Below, in pieces: positions 40,080 through 52,760 of a DNA stretch of 64,000 nt; the first letter of the stretch is position 1, and the number at the start of each line of letters is the position of its first letter. The stretch is from Felis catus. Taxonomy: Eukaryota. The notes below the pieces were generated by a model that saw only the letters and a list, made by a program, of their open reading frames with translations, made no database searches and had not been told where the DNA came from. The position numbers and the translations under genes were made by a program. The stretch covers positions 107,200,001-107,264,000 of the forward strand of contig NC_058373.1 of the NCBI RefSeq assembly GCF_018350175.1, read 5' to 3'.

Positions 40080-43000
40080 AAGGTATGTATAAATATAAAG
40101 TTTATTTAGCATAGTGTTTAGAAAAATAAGTTCACATCATTTCAGAAAACAAATAAAACACTTAATTGTCCAGGCATAAACCCCTATTACAGTACAACAT
40201 ACATACTTTAGATCTCTTTGGTTGGGTAATTAAGCACAGAAATGTTCTGGGACATGCTCTGTGTGCCATCACCTAACAGTGCAGTAGAGATTCTGTTACC
40301 CCACCCCATGATATACATTCTGTATAGATTTTCTCTTTGTGTAAGGCACAGTAAAACCATATTGAGTATATAACTGGTCTCCTCTAAACATACAGTACAT
40401 GCAACAAAAGAACAAAAATTGAGAACCCTGAAAGCCAAGAGAGTCACATGCTACATAATTTTGATTAATAAAATGTACTGTGATATTAAATTAACATGAA
40501 ATGTATCAACTAGATACAAAGTAACTGTTAGGCTCTATCATCTAAGTTCTAGGAAGACTTTGAAACATCTTTTGTAAAATGTAATTCTTTTCCCCACAAA
40601 TTTCCTGAATTATTTATGTTTTTCTGATGAGATGATCTGTCAAAAACATTGTAAAAGAATGAAGAACTTCTGGCTATGTACTAATGCACACTTGCCTAAC
40701 ATGTAGCAGGGCAGGCTTCAACACATGCCCAGTAATCCAACTTTTGACATGCAAAATGCAAGGGCATATACAGGGAGATTTAAGGTCAGTGTGCAATTTA
40801 ACTACGAATTTTTATCTATGGCTATAACGTCTACCTGCCTTTCATAACACAAGAAAGGCACTGAAACGTGTACAATTCAGTCTTTTCATTACTATAAATA
40901 TACATGAGCTATAAAACACTACAACACAGGTGTTCTTGCTTGATTGAGGAACAAATGCACCTTCTCTTTAATTGATAAAACTGGTCTTTACTAGATGTAA
41001 CTAAGAGCTAAATGCCAAATTCTGGCGGACAGAGTGCATAGATAGCCTCACACCAAAAATCCCACAGCCAGCAGCAGGGGTTGGGGTTTGCAGGGAGAGT
41101 TTTTACCCTTATTCTGATTCCTCTTTGGGGATCATTTGAGGGTCATTTGCAGCATCTTCAAGCATTGGTTTATGTAAGAGAAATTCTGCCACATGAACTC
41201 CAAGGGTTCTGAGACTGGCCCTTGGTATTGCAAAAAACATTTGCAATTCTGTGCAAGGAGATCATGGGGTTTATCTTATTTCATTCACATATGTATGGGC
41301 TATACACCAACTGGCCCTTATTTTACTGAAGTATAGAAAAGAACAATAAGTTCTTTATAATGTGCATTGATTCTTACCTGGTATATTGTGTAGCTACCTG
41401 GAGTAATTGTAGGGGTATCATTACATCAAGTTGGGAATATGAATGGGTTTCCTAGGTAAGTCTTAAGTTTTGTGCTATTTTTCCTTTTTCTTAAGGGAAA
41501 AAAAGAGGAAGAACTGTGAATAAAACAGAGGCTTATTATATTTTTGGAAGACATATGAAACTTTTCCAGTTATATATAAAATATATATAACTTTTTAAAC
41601 CTTCCCATCTCCCTGATTAGATGGGCATTTTAAAATAATGAACAGAAAATTCTTAATATCTGCAGCCATCAAGTGGAAAAACATCATTTTCATGTAAACT
41701 ACACTACAGAACCATATAATTAATCTCAGTAACATGATCAGCACACACTTAAAGAAAAAAACAAGCTGTATAAGTAGTGATGGAGTGGAAGAGAACTCGA
41801 AAACACCTGACTTTGTAAAAAAAAAAAAAAAAAAAGAAGACAACTGTAGTTTCAGCAGTTTAAGAACATTCACTAATTCCATAAAGAAGGTGGGATCTGA
41901 GTTCTCTAACGAAACAATTGGATAGGGCTCTTCATCTGTGCCTGCAAGTTCCATCTGCAATAACAACCAAGGGTAAGTAATCTACGGCCCTTATGCCACA
42001 TGCTCAGCAGATGGGCACGTAGAGATCAAGAGTACACTCTTCATTCTGATCTTGAAGACAGCAAGATTGGTAATATCTTTTATGTTCAACAACTTTAAGT
42101 CATCTCTGAAGAGATCATTTTCTCACATTTCTTGCTTTGCACACACCAGAGACTTTACTCGCTACATAAATTTGCATCATTCCATCTTGTGTTCAGTCCT
42201 GATAAAACCTATAACCACAGCTCACAACATGATCAAGCAAGCTTCTTAAAGAAACCCCAAAAGATCGACCTTTGAACAAGACATGATAATATAGTGCAAA
42301 TAATAGTCGTATGTCATAATGTAACAACTGATTCAAAACACGTAGAACTAAGTTTCACCAGGACAGAATTTTGCTCAAGAGAACTTGCGTATTCTTTGTT
42401 TAGTTTAAAATGGTTTTTATAGTCTACAGAATTCATTTTACATGGTATTCTAGGATTGGTATTTCATTGTAATGAAAAGCATCAACAATAATTAGTTGTT
42501 CATCAATTTACACCATAAACGTACATAATCACATAAGTGAAACTTAAGTTCTTCAGATTTAAAGCAACTTTGTGGTGAAAATAACCCTGTTAGATAGAAA
42601 GAGCCATCAGTGCTTCTGTTGACACTTCTGTACCTTAGTAAGAATAATAAAAAGGCCACAAGGTAAAAAGGCACATAGAATTCTATAGAAAAAATATTTA
42701 AATGAATCAGAGAGTTGCTAAATAAAGAACAAGATGTGAAAAAAGGTACCAAAATTCCAATATTGGGAGTTAGATTGCCTGTTTCAGTGTTATTAATAAT
42801 GACCCTAATAGACTCCTGATAAAAATCATTACTTTTAAAATCCTACAAAAAGTAAAACTTTGTTGGAAATAACTATGTTCACTTCCTGTTCAAACAATAA
42901 AAATAAATTAAACAGTAAGAAAACATTTTTTCAGTTCATAGTGTCTGAAGTAGAAGAGAAACATATACAGCATAAATAAAATTCACTGTAATTCCTCAAA

Positions 43001-43643
43001 TCCTTGCTTATAGGACTAATATATTTACACTCATACTGAAGTTTGTTTCAGAGTTTTTAGTGGAGTTGCAAACTTTCTCAGCCCCACTGGACTATTAGCA
43101 AGCACATTTGGAAATGTGTAGAGACAAACCAAGACTTTCACAAAAATATTGAAAAACAGAAATGTATATATTCAAAAAATAAACCCTTAGAATAGTATGG
43201 AGTACCATGTATGCTTCTTAACCTCATCAATGCCCGTGGAGTGAAAGTAAACAAAAATAACCTTACTGTTTCTAATGCCGATGTCAGGTGGACACAGTTT
43301 TAAAGAACTATCAAGTTCCATTTAACCTTAGAGTTATATTAAGTCAGCCAAATGACACACTTTGACTTGATATATTTCATCTTGTTCCTTTGTCTCCATC
43401 TATTTAAAAGAGAACATATGTGAACAAAAAGGCTGCAGCAACGCAGTTCTACTCCAGTATATTTAACTGTGATCTTCATGCAGATCAATCCAAAGTTTCT
43501 TGAATTCATTTACTCACAAAACTAGTGTTTTCCCTGTAAATGGGAAAATGCCTTATGTCCTCAGGGCTTCGTGAAAGATCTGCCTGCTGATGCCAAAAAA
43601 AAAAAAAAAAAAAAAAAGAGAGAGAGAATGAGAGAAATCAAGT
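40080..43643 (-). other. SIX4: SIX4 3' UTR (about 3.5 kb) with candidate poly(A) signal
   Basis: Repeat-free AT-rich stretch following the stop codon; AATAAA on the minus strand at 40101-40106 followed by GU/U-rich sequence. The 3' end is inferred. Confidence 0.65.
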
Positions 43644-44440
43644 TTATAAGTCTTGCATATCTTCATCCAATTGGACGGTTTGGAGCTTGGCAAGCTCTTT
43701 TTTGTCTGTTTCCAGGTCTTCACAGACAGTCTCAACCATGCCCTCTAGGACATACTTGGATTTTGAGTCCAGCATCATTAAGTTGCTTGTGGCTTTGCCC
43801 TCAGAATTTGTTAAGAAATTCTCTTTTATATTAGCTACTGATTGCAGAACTAAACGATGTTCTCTGACGAAATCCTGGTGTACTGCTGGGGAGGGGTGAC
43901 CCACCTGGTCCTCAGCTGTAGGAACAATTTCCCCAAGGGCACCCTGGGTCATAGGGACTGACAATAGATCTTGACCAGTAATAAGGGAGCAGTTCTGAAG
44001 AGTTGCATAGTTAGTGTTGCTGACAGATGTCACAGTAGATTTGCTTGCCACAGGTGCAGACATTGGCTGGCTATCAGCAATGTCAGGGTTTAGCTCGGTG
44101 GGATTTAGCAAGGTAGGGGGAGTCAGGGAAAAATTGTGAGTTGGGGATACATTAACTAATGAGGAGGCCAGGGGATGGAGGCCACTCCCCGAGATATTTT
44201 CAGAAGACAGGTTTGCATTTATTTGTGCATTCTGATTGACAGGCATCAACTGAGAAAATACCAGGCTCCTCTCCAAGCCCTCCTGTTTAACAGATCCTAT
44301 AGTCTGGCCTGAATTAGGGACAGTGTATACCACTGCACTGGGAGCAAGAGAGCTCAAGAAAACCTTTCCTTGCTGGACTGTGGTGGACTCACTTGTAAAT
44401 GTGCTCCCATCTGAAGTGCTTGAATTTACTGAAATGTTGC
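43644..44440 (-). CDS. SIX4: SIX homeobox 4, coding exon 3 (C-terminal transactivation region)
   Basis: Acceptor ttttttag|GC at 44441; reads GNISVNSSTSDGS...KKELAKLQTVQLDEDMQDL* with TAA at 43644-43646. 797 bp, phase consistent with exon 2. Confidence 0.96.
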
Positions 44441-44529
44441 CTAAAAAAAAAAAAAAGAAAAGAAAGTACAGATTATCGCTGATAGAAATGATAGGGGAAG
44501 AAAAAAAGACTTTTTGACACACACGATTT

Positions 44530-44682
44530 TTCTCAGGTTCAGTAGAATCACCTTGAGCACTCAAAACTACAGACTCCCAGGCTCTCCTCCTGAGACTCTG
44601 ACTCAGTAAGTCTGAGAACAGGTGTATTTCAAATTCCCTAGTAATGTTAATGACATAGTGGGAGTGAGAAGTACTGGTTTAG
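44530..44682. mobile_element. MER5-like DNA transposon relic in SIX4 intron 2
   Basis: ttctca...cagtagaatcacct...gagactctgactcagtaagtctg...gagaagtactggtttaga. Confidence 0.55.
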
Positions 44683-45501
44683 AAACAAAGTATGAAAAAA
44701 AATGTTTTTCCAAGTTCTAATTTCAGTCAAGTTTCCGGTTCATTATTACCAACTTGATTTCTCTCAATCAGTTGATAGTTGTAGCCAGTTCTGCCAGTTA
44801 GAACTAGGAAACACAAATGCAAAATAAAATGCCTTTGTTTGGAACAAGTTCAGTAACTGACATAAATGGAAAAGTAGAAAATAGCCATAAAATGAGTTGC
44901 CCTGGGGCTTGAAGTTAACCATATAAACCTGTACAGACACGTTGCAAACTTTCACCAAACTAACCATAAAGTAATATCAAGTCAACAGAACGTTCAAGAG
45001 TTTTTTCTTTTGTTATGCCAGTTCTGAATTTTCAGTGTTGCAGTTGATAGGAAGAATTAATGATAATAATAAACTGTACTTTTAAAAACACAGATTAACG
45101 TGAATAACTAGAGCCAATGCTTCTCTGAAACGTTTATATCTTAAGGCTCTCACTAGAATGGTCTACAGAGACCAGAAACAGGAAAAAACCAAACCCAAAC
45201 AAAAAACCCCCCAAAACATAAGTAGAATGCTGAGAAGTTCAAAATCAGGTAACTCAGACAATGCAGACGAATTAAAGCCTTCCCCTCCCTCCTATCATCA
45301 AATAAAACCCTTTTCTTTTGGAGTCTTTACATAGGCCCAGTGAAATGATGGCAATTATCTTGCCACTGTAAGAAAGGTAGACTTGAGGGAATTTTGTGAC
45401 AGGATTGATTATTCAGATGGGTTGTTTACCCTGATCTTGAATTAGATGTTCAGTAAATTATTATTTTGAGAAGATAGCCCAACGTTAAAAGTAATTCTCC
45501 C

Positions 45502-45724
45502 GGGGTGCCTGGGTGGCGCAGTCGGTTAAGCGTCCGACTTCAGCCAGGTCACAATCTCGCGGTCCGTGAGTTCGAGCCCCGCGTCAGGCTCTGGGCTGAT
45601 GGCTCAGAGCCTGGAGCCTGTTTCCGATTCTGTGTCTCCCTCTCTCTCTGCCCCTCCCCCGTTCATGCTCTGTCTCTCTCTGTCCCAAAAATAAATAAAC
45701 GTTGAAAAAAAAAATTAAAAAGAA
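45502..45724 (+). mobile_element. Young SINEC_Fc-like SINE in SIX4 intron 2 (antisense to SIX4)
   Basis: Canonical body; TSD aaaagtaattctccc (45487-45501 / 45725-45739). Confidence 0.94.
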
Positions 45725-48083
45725 AAAAGTAATTCTCCCAAAACATTTCTCTTCTTGAATTAGAATAATTGTGATTATATTACTACCTGTATTGATAAAT
45801 AAATGTTACTGGGTTGTTTTTTTATATCTTCCACTTTTTAAGCACCTTAAATGCAAAGGAATATCTTCAAACAAACTAAAACTGTATTTAAACTTTAAAT
45901 TAAATGTAACCACTAGAAAGTATTTGTCACGGAAATACTGGTGTTAAAAAAAAAAAAAACAAACATTTTTATGTATGTTTGGGTTCTTCCCTAACATGAA
46001 TGTTTGTTCCAGGCCAAACAAATGAAATGAATCTGACTTAAGTATACTTTAAAATTCTTGTTGGCTGCTAAACTGTAACAAAAAACATCTGAAATAGATG
46101 TTTATTTTGTTATATGTATATATTTGTGAAATTGTTTGCCTGTGTATAGGTGAACAAAACGATAGTTATTTTTTGAGAGAACCACATATGATATGATAGG
46201 ACATTTCCCCCAACAGCTATTAAATATAAATAAAACAATACCTTTGAATGTGTAGAAATTATAACACACATAAATGAAGGAGGAAAAGCAGATGTGATCT
46301 AAAACTTGATACGTAAGTATAACTGCACTTGAATTATAATAAATTTAATAATAATTTCAAAATCAGTGTAAAAAATTCAAATGAAACAGGACATAGGTGC
46401 AAAGTATAACTTTGTAATGATGGTAAGGGAAAAAAAAAACACCCTTGTTTTCCCAGATTATGAAGTGAGTAAAAGATATAGATATCCTGCTTTTCCATAT
46501 AAATCCTAACTACTAAAAGATAACCTATCTTGTCTACACATTTTAAGGCAAGGCTGAGTATCTGTTTTTGAGAAAGGCTGAATCCCCACATGCTTTAAAG
46601 AGAATTGCAGTCCACTGTTGCTATAAAGGAACGCTGCTTCCTGGACCCATCTGGTTAAACTTACGCCTTTAACTCACCCAGACAGTCCAAGGATTGACAG
46701 CTATGTCATTTGATCTTAGCTATTTTAACTGAAAATGCTTCTTCTTATTCATATTAAATGTCCCATTTTAAAAATTAGCTATTAGTTTGTAATAATTTTC
46801 TGTGGTAGCATATTTCTAGATTACACGTGAAAAGTATTTCTGCTTTTCTTCTCCCCCCAATGTACATACCACACTTTTTGCTCCAACTTTTTGTCTTTAA
46901 ACTGTTATCTACTGTTTGGAAATTTCCTAAAGAGAGAAGAAACCCTGTGGTTTCTTATATTTTTGTTGGAAAGTGATTTAACTTAAATCCTTTCCATAAC
47001 TTGAAACAACGAAGAAATACACGGGATGCTGCAGGAGTTTTGTGTTTTCCTACCATTTTACCTGAGAATTGATGTAAGAGAAAGTTACTCAACACTTTTT
47101 CCATTAATGCCTCAAATAAGCTGAAGTGGGTCATAGTTGTGCATAAATTGAGATTTTTTTGATAAAGCCATTTTACGGGAAGTTGATCTTTAAAGGGAGA
47201 CAGTTACTTATTTTGCTTTCATAGAAATCTGGACAGTCAGATTTGCTTACAGGAAGGCAAACCTGCATTCACATCCCCCACTCCTAAGTTTAAGGCACTA
47301 TGCAACCTCCATGGCCATTCTCACCATTCGTGTTTCTATGTACAAAAAATGACACAGAGCCATCCAGACTTGCTTCAAGTCAGTGAAGAAGTGGCATAAC
47401 AGCCTCAGGCTTCCTGAATTCCAGATCAGTGTTCTTCAGCAAACTGCCGTTAGCAAAGCCACAAACACATAAAATAAGGCTAACCCACACATTTGGTGGG
47501 GGGTGGGGGGGAGGGAGAGTATACATGCAGAGCAACAGACACCCTATCACATACTCATCCGGTTTTCCTTTAGGTCTGATAGTTTTCATTATAGGAGGAA
47601 CATGGATCAAACACAATTGATCCAGTCTTTTTAGCTTGCTCTTCTAAAACACTCCTTGGTCAGATAGAAAATGCTTAGGTAAAGTGTACACATTCGTACC
47701 AACTGCTTGACGAATTTTGTGTTCTTAGCAATATTATTAATTTTTAATCTTAAAATGTCAAGCAATGGGTTATTTTGTAAGCACCAACTGACTTATCATA
47801 TTTCTATAATTGTAGAACTGGCAAGATTTGCTATGAACTGTATTTTTCCATTCAGATGTTAGGGAAATAAAAGCCCATCTCCATGATGCCAGGGAACCAA
47901 CCAGACTGGATATTACACGGGTGTTGTGAAGAAGGAGAAACAAATCAAGGCTCTTCTGCAGCTGTGGCAGCCAATAAGGTACCTGAACAGTAACATCAAT
48001 CTACAGCTCTCACCAAATGTGTCATTTACAGCAGCTGGCTAAAACATTCACTAGTGCATTATGGTACCGAATGAGACTTTTAC

Positions 48084-48769
48084 CTTGTGAAGCTGCTACT
48101 GAAACAGAAGGCAGCTGCAGTGGAGAGAATCCAATGCTCCCATTAAGGAACTGGCTGTTTGCTCCGGAATTGGGGATCTGGACAATGCCATACTGGTTAA
48201 TTTGCACGGGTGTAGTAAAAGTCACCACAGAGCCTCCATCTTGGGAAGCCACTGTTTGAATGCCTTCTCTTTTTACCTCAGTGCTGGGTATCAGCCCTGG
48301 GAATGACACAGGGGCACTGGGGCTGTAGGAAGTGGTGGCTGCGGAGTTAGCTGAAGAACTCTGGAGGACTTTGAATTCCTTCACATCCTGGGAGGTAGAC
48401 CCCAGTATGTCACTCATGGATATACCATTGCTCACAATGTTTGATGCAATTTTTGGTGGGTTCAGTGACACTGTCTGTGTATTTCCCACATTTAATCCAT
48501 TAAGGATAACTCCATTGGGTCCCTGAATGAAAGAATTACCATTAAGAAAGACAGGTGAAGTACTTGGTACCAAGCTTCCATTCAACAAAACTCCAGAAGA
48601 GCTTAATGATATCTTAGCATTTCCAATTTGCTGCATATACACTGGTTCCATGTGACTGGAAAGGCTGAGGTTGGTGACACTATCCGATGAACTGGAGAGT
48701 GGATGAGGAGACAAGTCCTCATGGCCCTTGCTGGATTCATCTTCAGTGCTGGGATTGCCATCTGACTCA
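48084..48769 (-). CDS. SIX4: SIX homeobox 4, coding exon 2
   Basis: Acceptor cttctctgcag|T at 48770 and donor CAAG|gtaaaa at 48083. 686 bp open frame (S)ESDGNPSTEDESSKGHEDLSPHPL...VSVAASQ(G). Confidence 0.96.
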
Positions 48770-49699
48770 CTGCAGAGAAGGGGAAATCAAGACATTCAGA
48801 AGGTCAGAGGGATGACATTCTACCTAGTGCCATTTGTTTAGAAAACCAACCTCTAACCCCATTAAAGGTAATATTTTAGGAAAGCAGAGCAGGAAGTCTT
48901 TAGTCTTGTTTAAGTTATGAGGCCTTTCAGCAGATTCTAACCATAAAGACAGAGAACGTGGGAAGATAAACTCTCCTATCCCAATCATTTTACCAATAAT
49001 AAATTCAGGGAAAGTCCAGAGATCTGGAAGATGTAAATTCAGCTAATAGGATTTTCATAAGAATTATATATACGTTTTCATAGCACTGAAGTTATTCCTT
49101 CCTGTTAAATTATGCTGCTACCTATACCACGGGGGGGGGGGGACCTTACTAGATGAGGCAGTCAGTCTGTCCTATTAGGAACGCCTTCCCCTCCCTTCAA
49201 ACCAATTCCGATTAGTGTGATTTTGGAAGTAAATGAAACTGCCGAAGGAGCAGGAGGTGGGAAGTGTTCAGTTTTGTTTGCCAGTTAGTTAACAAGAGAT
49301 CATTTTCTCACCTGCTCCCAAACTTCTACTCCACCAGACTGACAACTCTCTCATTCAACAAAGTGGCTGTCCTTGATGTAGGAAAGGCACTTTCAACCCA
49401 AGAACTGTTATGTGCAGTCGCCTTTGAATCCAAAAGAAGCCATAGGGGCCTATTTAACATACACCATCCAGTGCCCTGGTGAGGTGGGAGGGAAAGGGTG
49501 TGGGTCACTCAGCAGCCTTGCAACCATCAGACCCCTTCCCCAGCACCCTCAGTCCTTCTGCTCCAGACAGGACTGGGTTCCTCGGCTCCCCGACTTGGGA
49601 GGAAACGCCAAATCCGGGTGAAGGGTGGTGATAGGGTTTCCCATTTGGACTGAGGCTGGGCGAGGGGGGGAGAAAGGGGCAGTTAGCTGCAGTTTGGAA

Positions 49700-52600
49700 G
49701 CTTGGGGCGACTTGGCCCAGTAGAGGATCCCCATCCCTGCAGTGCCCGGCGGTCGGTTCGCTTTCATGCGGAGGGGAGGGGATTACCCGGGCTTTGGGCT
49801 GCGGGGCCAGGAGCGCAGAAAGCGCTTTGATTTACGAGCTGAGGCTGAGCCGCCGTCGCCGTCTGCGAGGGTGACTCACCAGGGGTGCGGGTGGGAGGTA
49901 GATCCGGAGAGGGGCCTAAACTAGGCAACTGGGCCGGGGGCGGGGGTGTGGGCTTGGGGGGGGGAGGGGGGGGAGGCGCGCAGCCGGCAGAGTGCGGCTG
50001 GGGAGAGGAACGCGCCCAGCCGGGGAGCGCAGGCTGCAGGGCAGCTGGCCTGAGCGCCACGCCCGCTCCCCACCCCCTGCCTCTGGCCCCGAGGATTCCG
50101 ACGGGGCTCCAAGCGATGGGATCCGCGGCCACAAGCAGGCGCGGGGTCACCAACGTGCCTCCTCTGGGTGTCCCCGCAAGTCTGCGGAAGGATGCACGCA
50201 GGTCGCAGTGCGCGTTTTGTTTTGGTTACCGGGAGGCACGGCTCGGACACAGCGCCTCCCTCCCTGCCTTGGGCGAGGAGCTCCGGAGCCGTCGGGCCAC
50301 GGCGGGGGTGCAGGGACAGGAGCGGCAAGGGCGGGCCGCGGCGGGTGATCACCTTCGCTCGGCCGGGGCGGGCTTCCCGGCTCCCAAATTCCTTCCCTGG
50401 GCAGAACCTTCGAGCTGCTTTGGGTTCTTTCTGTCTTATGCCCGCGTGGCTTGGAGACACCATCTCTCCAGGCGACCTTCTCCTTAGTTCGCTCAACAAT
50501 ACACAAAACACTCCAGGTGTCTGACTCGAGAGGACGCACAATAGAGGTGGAAAACCCGATCTTTCCCACCAGTTGGGGTCAAAAACCCTGCCAGTCAAAA
50601 AGTTGAAACCCGCCAGGGTGGGCGCTCAAGGAGGTGTGGAGCTGATAGCGCCCCCACCCCAACCGCTGTCCCAGGAGGGAGCCACGCAGGGTTGGGGGGC
50701 CGAGGAAGCAAGCCCTCCAGCTCCACTGCCCCGGCGGCGCTGAAATCCGATCCGAAGGAGTTCAGAATCAGGTTTCAAAACACGGCAGAGCCCAGCCGCA
50801 CCAACACCCCACGTTGCCGCGGCCACGAAGAGAACCACAGCGGGCAGGGTGAATGATTAACTCTGTCACATAAAACCTCGACGTCCCCAACCCCCCTTCT
50901 GAAACGCCAGCCCCCATCGACACTCTCCAGCGTCCAGAGCGGCCACCGCGACCTCCAGCGCAGGCCTGGGGCGGGGAGAGGGGCAGCCGAGCCGCGGAGA
51001 GGGCGGTCAAGGAGCGCGTGCACGCGCCGGGACGGTGAGACCCGGTGGAGGTGCAGACCCCGGCCCGCCCTGGCAGCCCCGGTGGGCCTCGGGCGGCAAC
51101 GAGGGCTGCCTTTCCGGCGCCTACACACTACACACGCTCCTGCGCCCCTCCAGACCCCGGGAGAGAGTGGCAACTTCAAAGCCAGCGGGATGGGGGTGGG
51201 AAACTGGGCGGCAGTGACCAGCCGAGGTGGGGGCGGGGACTGAGACCTAGGCGGGCGACCAGAAACTTCTGGGGGGAGGAGGGGGAGGGGGAGGAGGGAG
51301 GTTCCCCCGCCTCTCGCCACCGCCGGCCCCCCCTTCTCCGGGTCGGGGAGAGGTGGGGGGCGGGGAGAGGTGGGCAGCCGGACCAGGCTGGTGGGGAAGG
51401 TAAGCGCCATGTTTGCGAGCACTTGGAGGAAAAGAAAGCTGGGAAGGGGGTGGGGGAGAGGAAGGGGGAGGAGGAGGAAAGTTGGCGCTCACCTTTTGGA
51501 CTGGGTCTCTGAGGGGTTCCGATCGCGCTGCCGGCGGTTCTTGAACCAGTTGCTGACCTGGGTGAGGGAGAGGCCGGTGATCTTGGCCAGGTGCCGCTTC
51601 TCGGCGGGCGAAGGGTAGCGATTCTGCTTGTAGAGCTCCTTGAGCGCGTTGCGCGACTTCTCCTTGAAACAATACACCGTCTCCTCGCCGTCCCAGATGG
51701 TGCGGGGCAGGGGGAATTTCCTGCGCAGCCGGTACTTGTCCACGGCGCCCAGTGGCCGGCCGCGGGCTCGCTCGGCCTCGGTGTAGCGCGCCTTGTACCA
51801 GAGCTGCTGCAGCAGCGGGTGGTTAGCCGACTCGAAGCTGTGGCTCTCGAGGATGCTGTAGAGCTCGGGGTAGATGCCCTGGTGGAAGGCCACCAGCGCC
51901 CGCGCCTTCAGCAGGCTCTCATTGCCACGTAGCAGGTCGCTCTGGGGCAGGGACCACAGGAACCGGGCCAGGCGGTCCAGGTTGCCCCCCTGCTGCAGCG
52001 CCTCGCACACGCAGGCGACATGGTCGGGCGAGAAGGCCAGTGGGGTCTGCGCGGCGGCGGCGGCGGCGACGGCGGCCGCGGCGTGGTGGTGCCTGCCCAG
52101 AAGTTCCGAGTGGAGTTGTACCTGATCCGCCGCCGCGGCCGCCGCTGCCCCTTCCTCTCCGCTCACCCTGGCGGCGGCGGCCGCGGCGTCCCCCGGCTCC
52201 AGGGGGAAAGGGGCTGGAGCCGGGGGGCTCAGCCCCGCCGCCGCCGCCGCGCCCCCCGCCACTTCTCGGGGAGCCTCCTGCCCTTCCGAGGCGCTTTCCA
52301 TCCCATTCTCCTGCTTGATGTCCGCCGCACTTGCGATCTGCCCGGTGGGGGAGGAAGAGGACATTTTTTGTTGTTTATTTTCCTCCCTCCCTCACTCCCT
52401 CGCACTCTTTTCCTCTTTCTTTCCCCCTCTCTTACTCCTCCTTCTTCGTCTCCCTCCCTCCTCCCCCCCTCCGGAAAGCCCACTCCCTCCCGCCCGGTTT
52501 CGGCTGGATCTGGCCGATCAGGTTTCCCCCCGGCCACGCAGTCACCATTAAGATAGCTGCTAGAGCAAAGTAGTGTAAAAGGATAGCTGCTTTCTGCCGT

Positions 52601-52760
52601 TCCCCCAACGTGACTCCTCGGGTTGCTGCATACTATATGGCACTGGCGGCCCGGCCGGCCCGGCCGCGCCACCTCATTGGCTATTTCGCATTCAGAGGGA
52701 GGAGGAGACACCGTTTCTATCCCTGTCGATCACCCGCCTCGCACTCCACCCCTTGCCTTT
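49700..52760. promoter_or_regulatory. SIX4 CpG island covering promoter, exon 1 and 5' intron 1
   Basis: High GC/CpG content; CCAAT on the minus strand at 52676-52680; G-rich runs. Confidence 0.85.
51493..52364 (-). CDS. SIX4: SIX homeobox 4, coding exon 1 (Ala-rich N-terminus, SIX domain, SIX-type homeodomain)
   Basis: [21 protein letters not shown]...[15 protein letters not shown]...[15 protein letters not shown]...[10 protein letters not shown]; the ETVY tetrapeptide marks the SIX4/5 class. Donor AAAG|gtgag at 51492. 872+686+797 = 2355 nt, i.e. 784 aa plus stop. Confidence 0.98.

Noticed and set aside
44441..44564. N-terminal extension of the 306-aa ORF (and the read-through end of ORF 48022-48714)
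   Set aside because: Intronic sequence beyond the canonical splice sites.
49764..52711. Numerous 110-225 aa ORFs in the SIX4 CpG island
   Set aside because: Alternative-frame or antisense artefacts of high GC content; only the SIX4 frame has splice-consistent homology.
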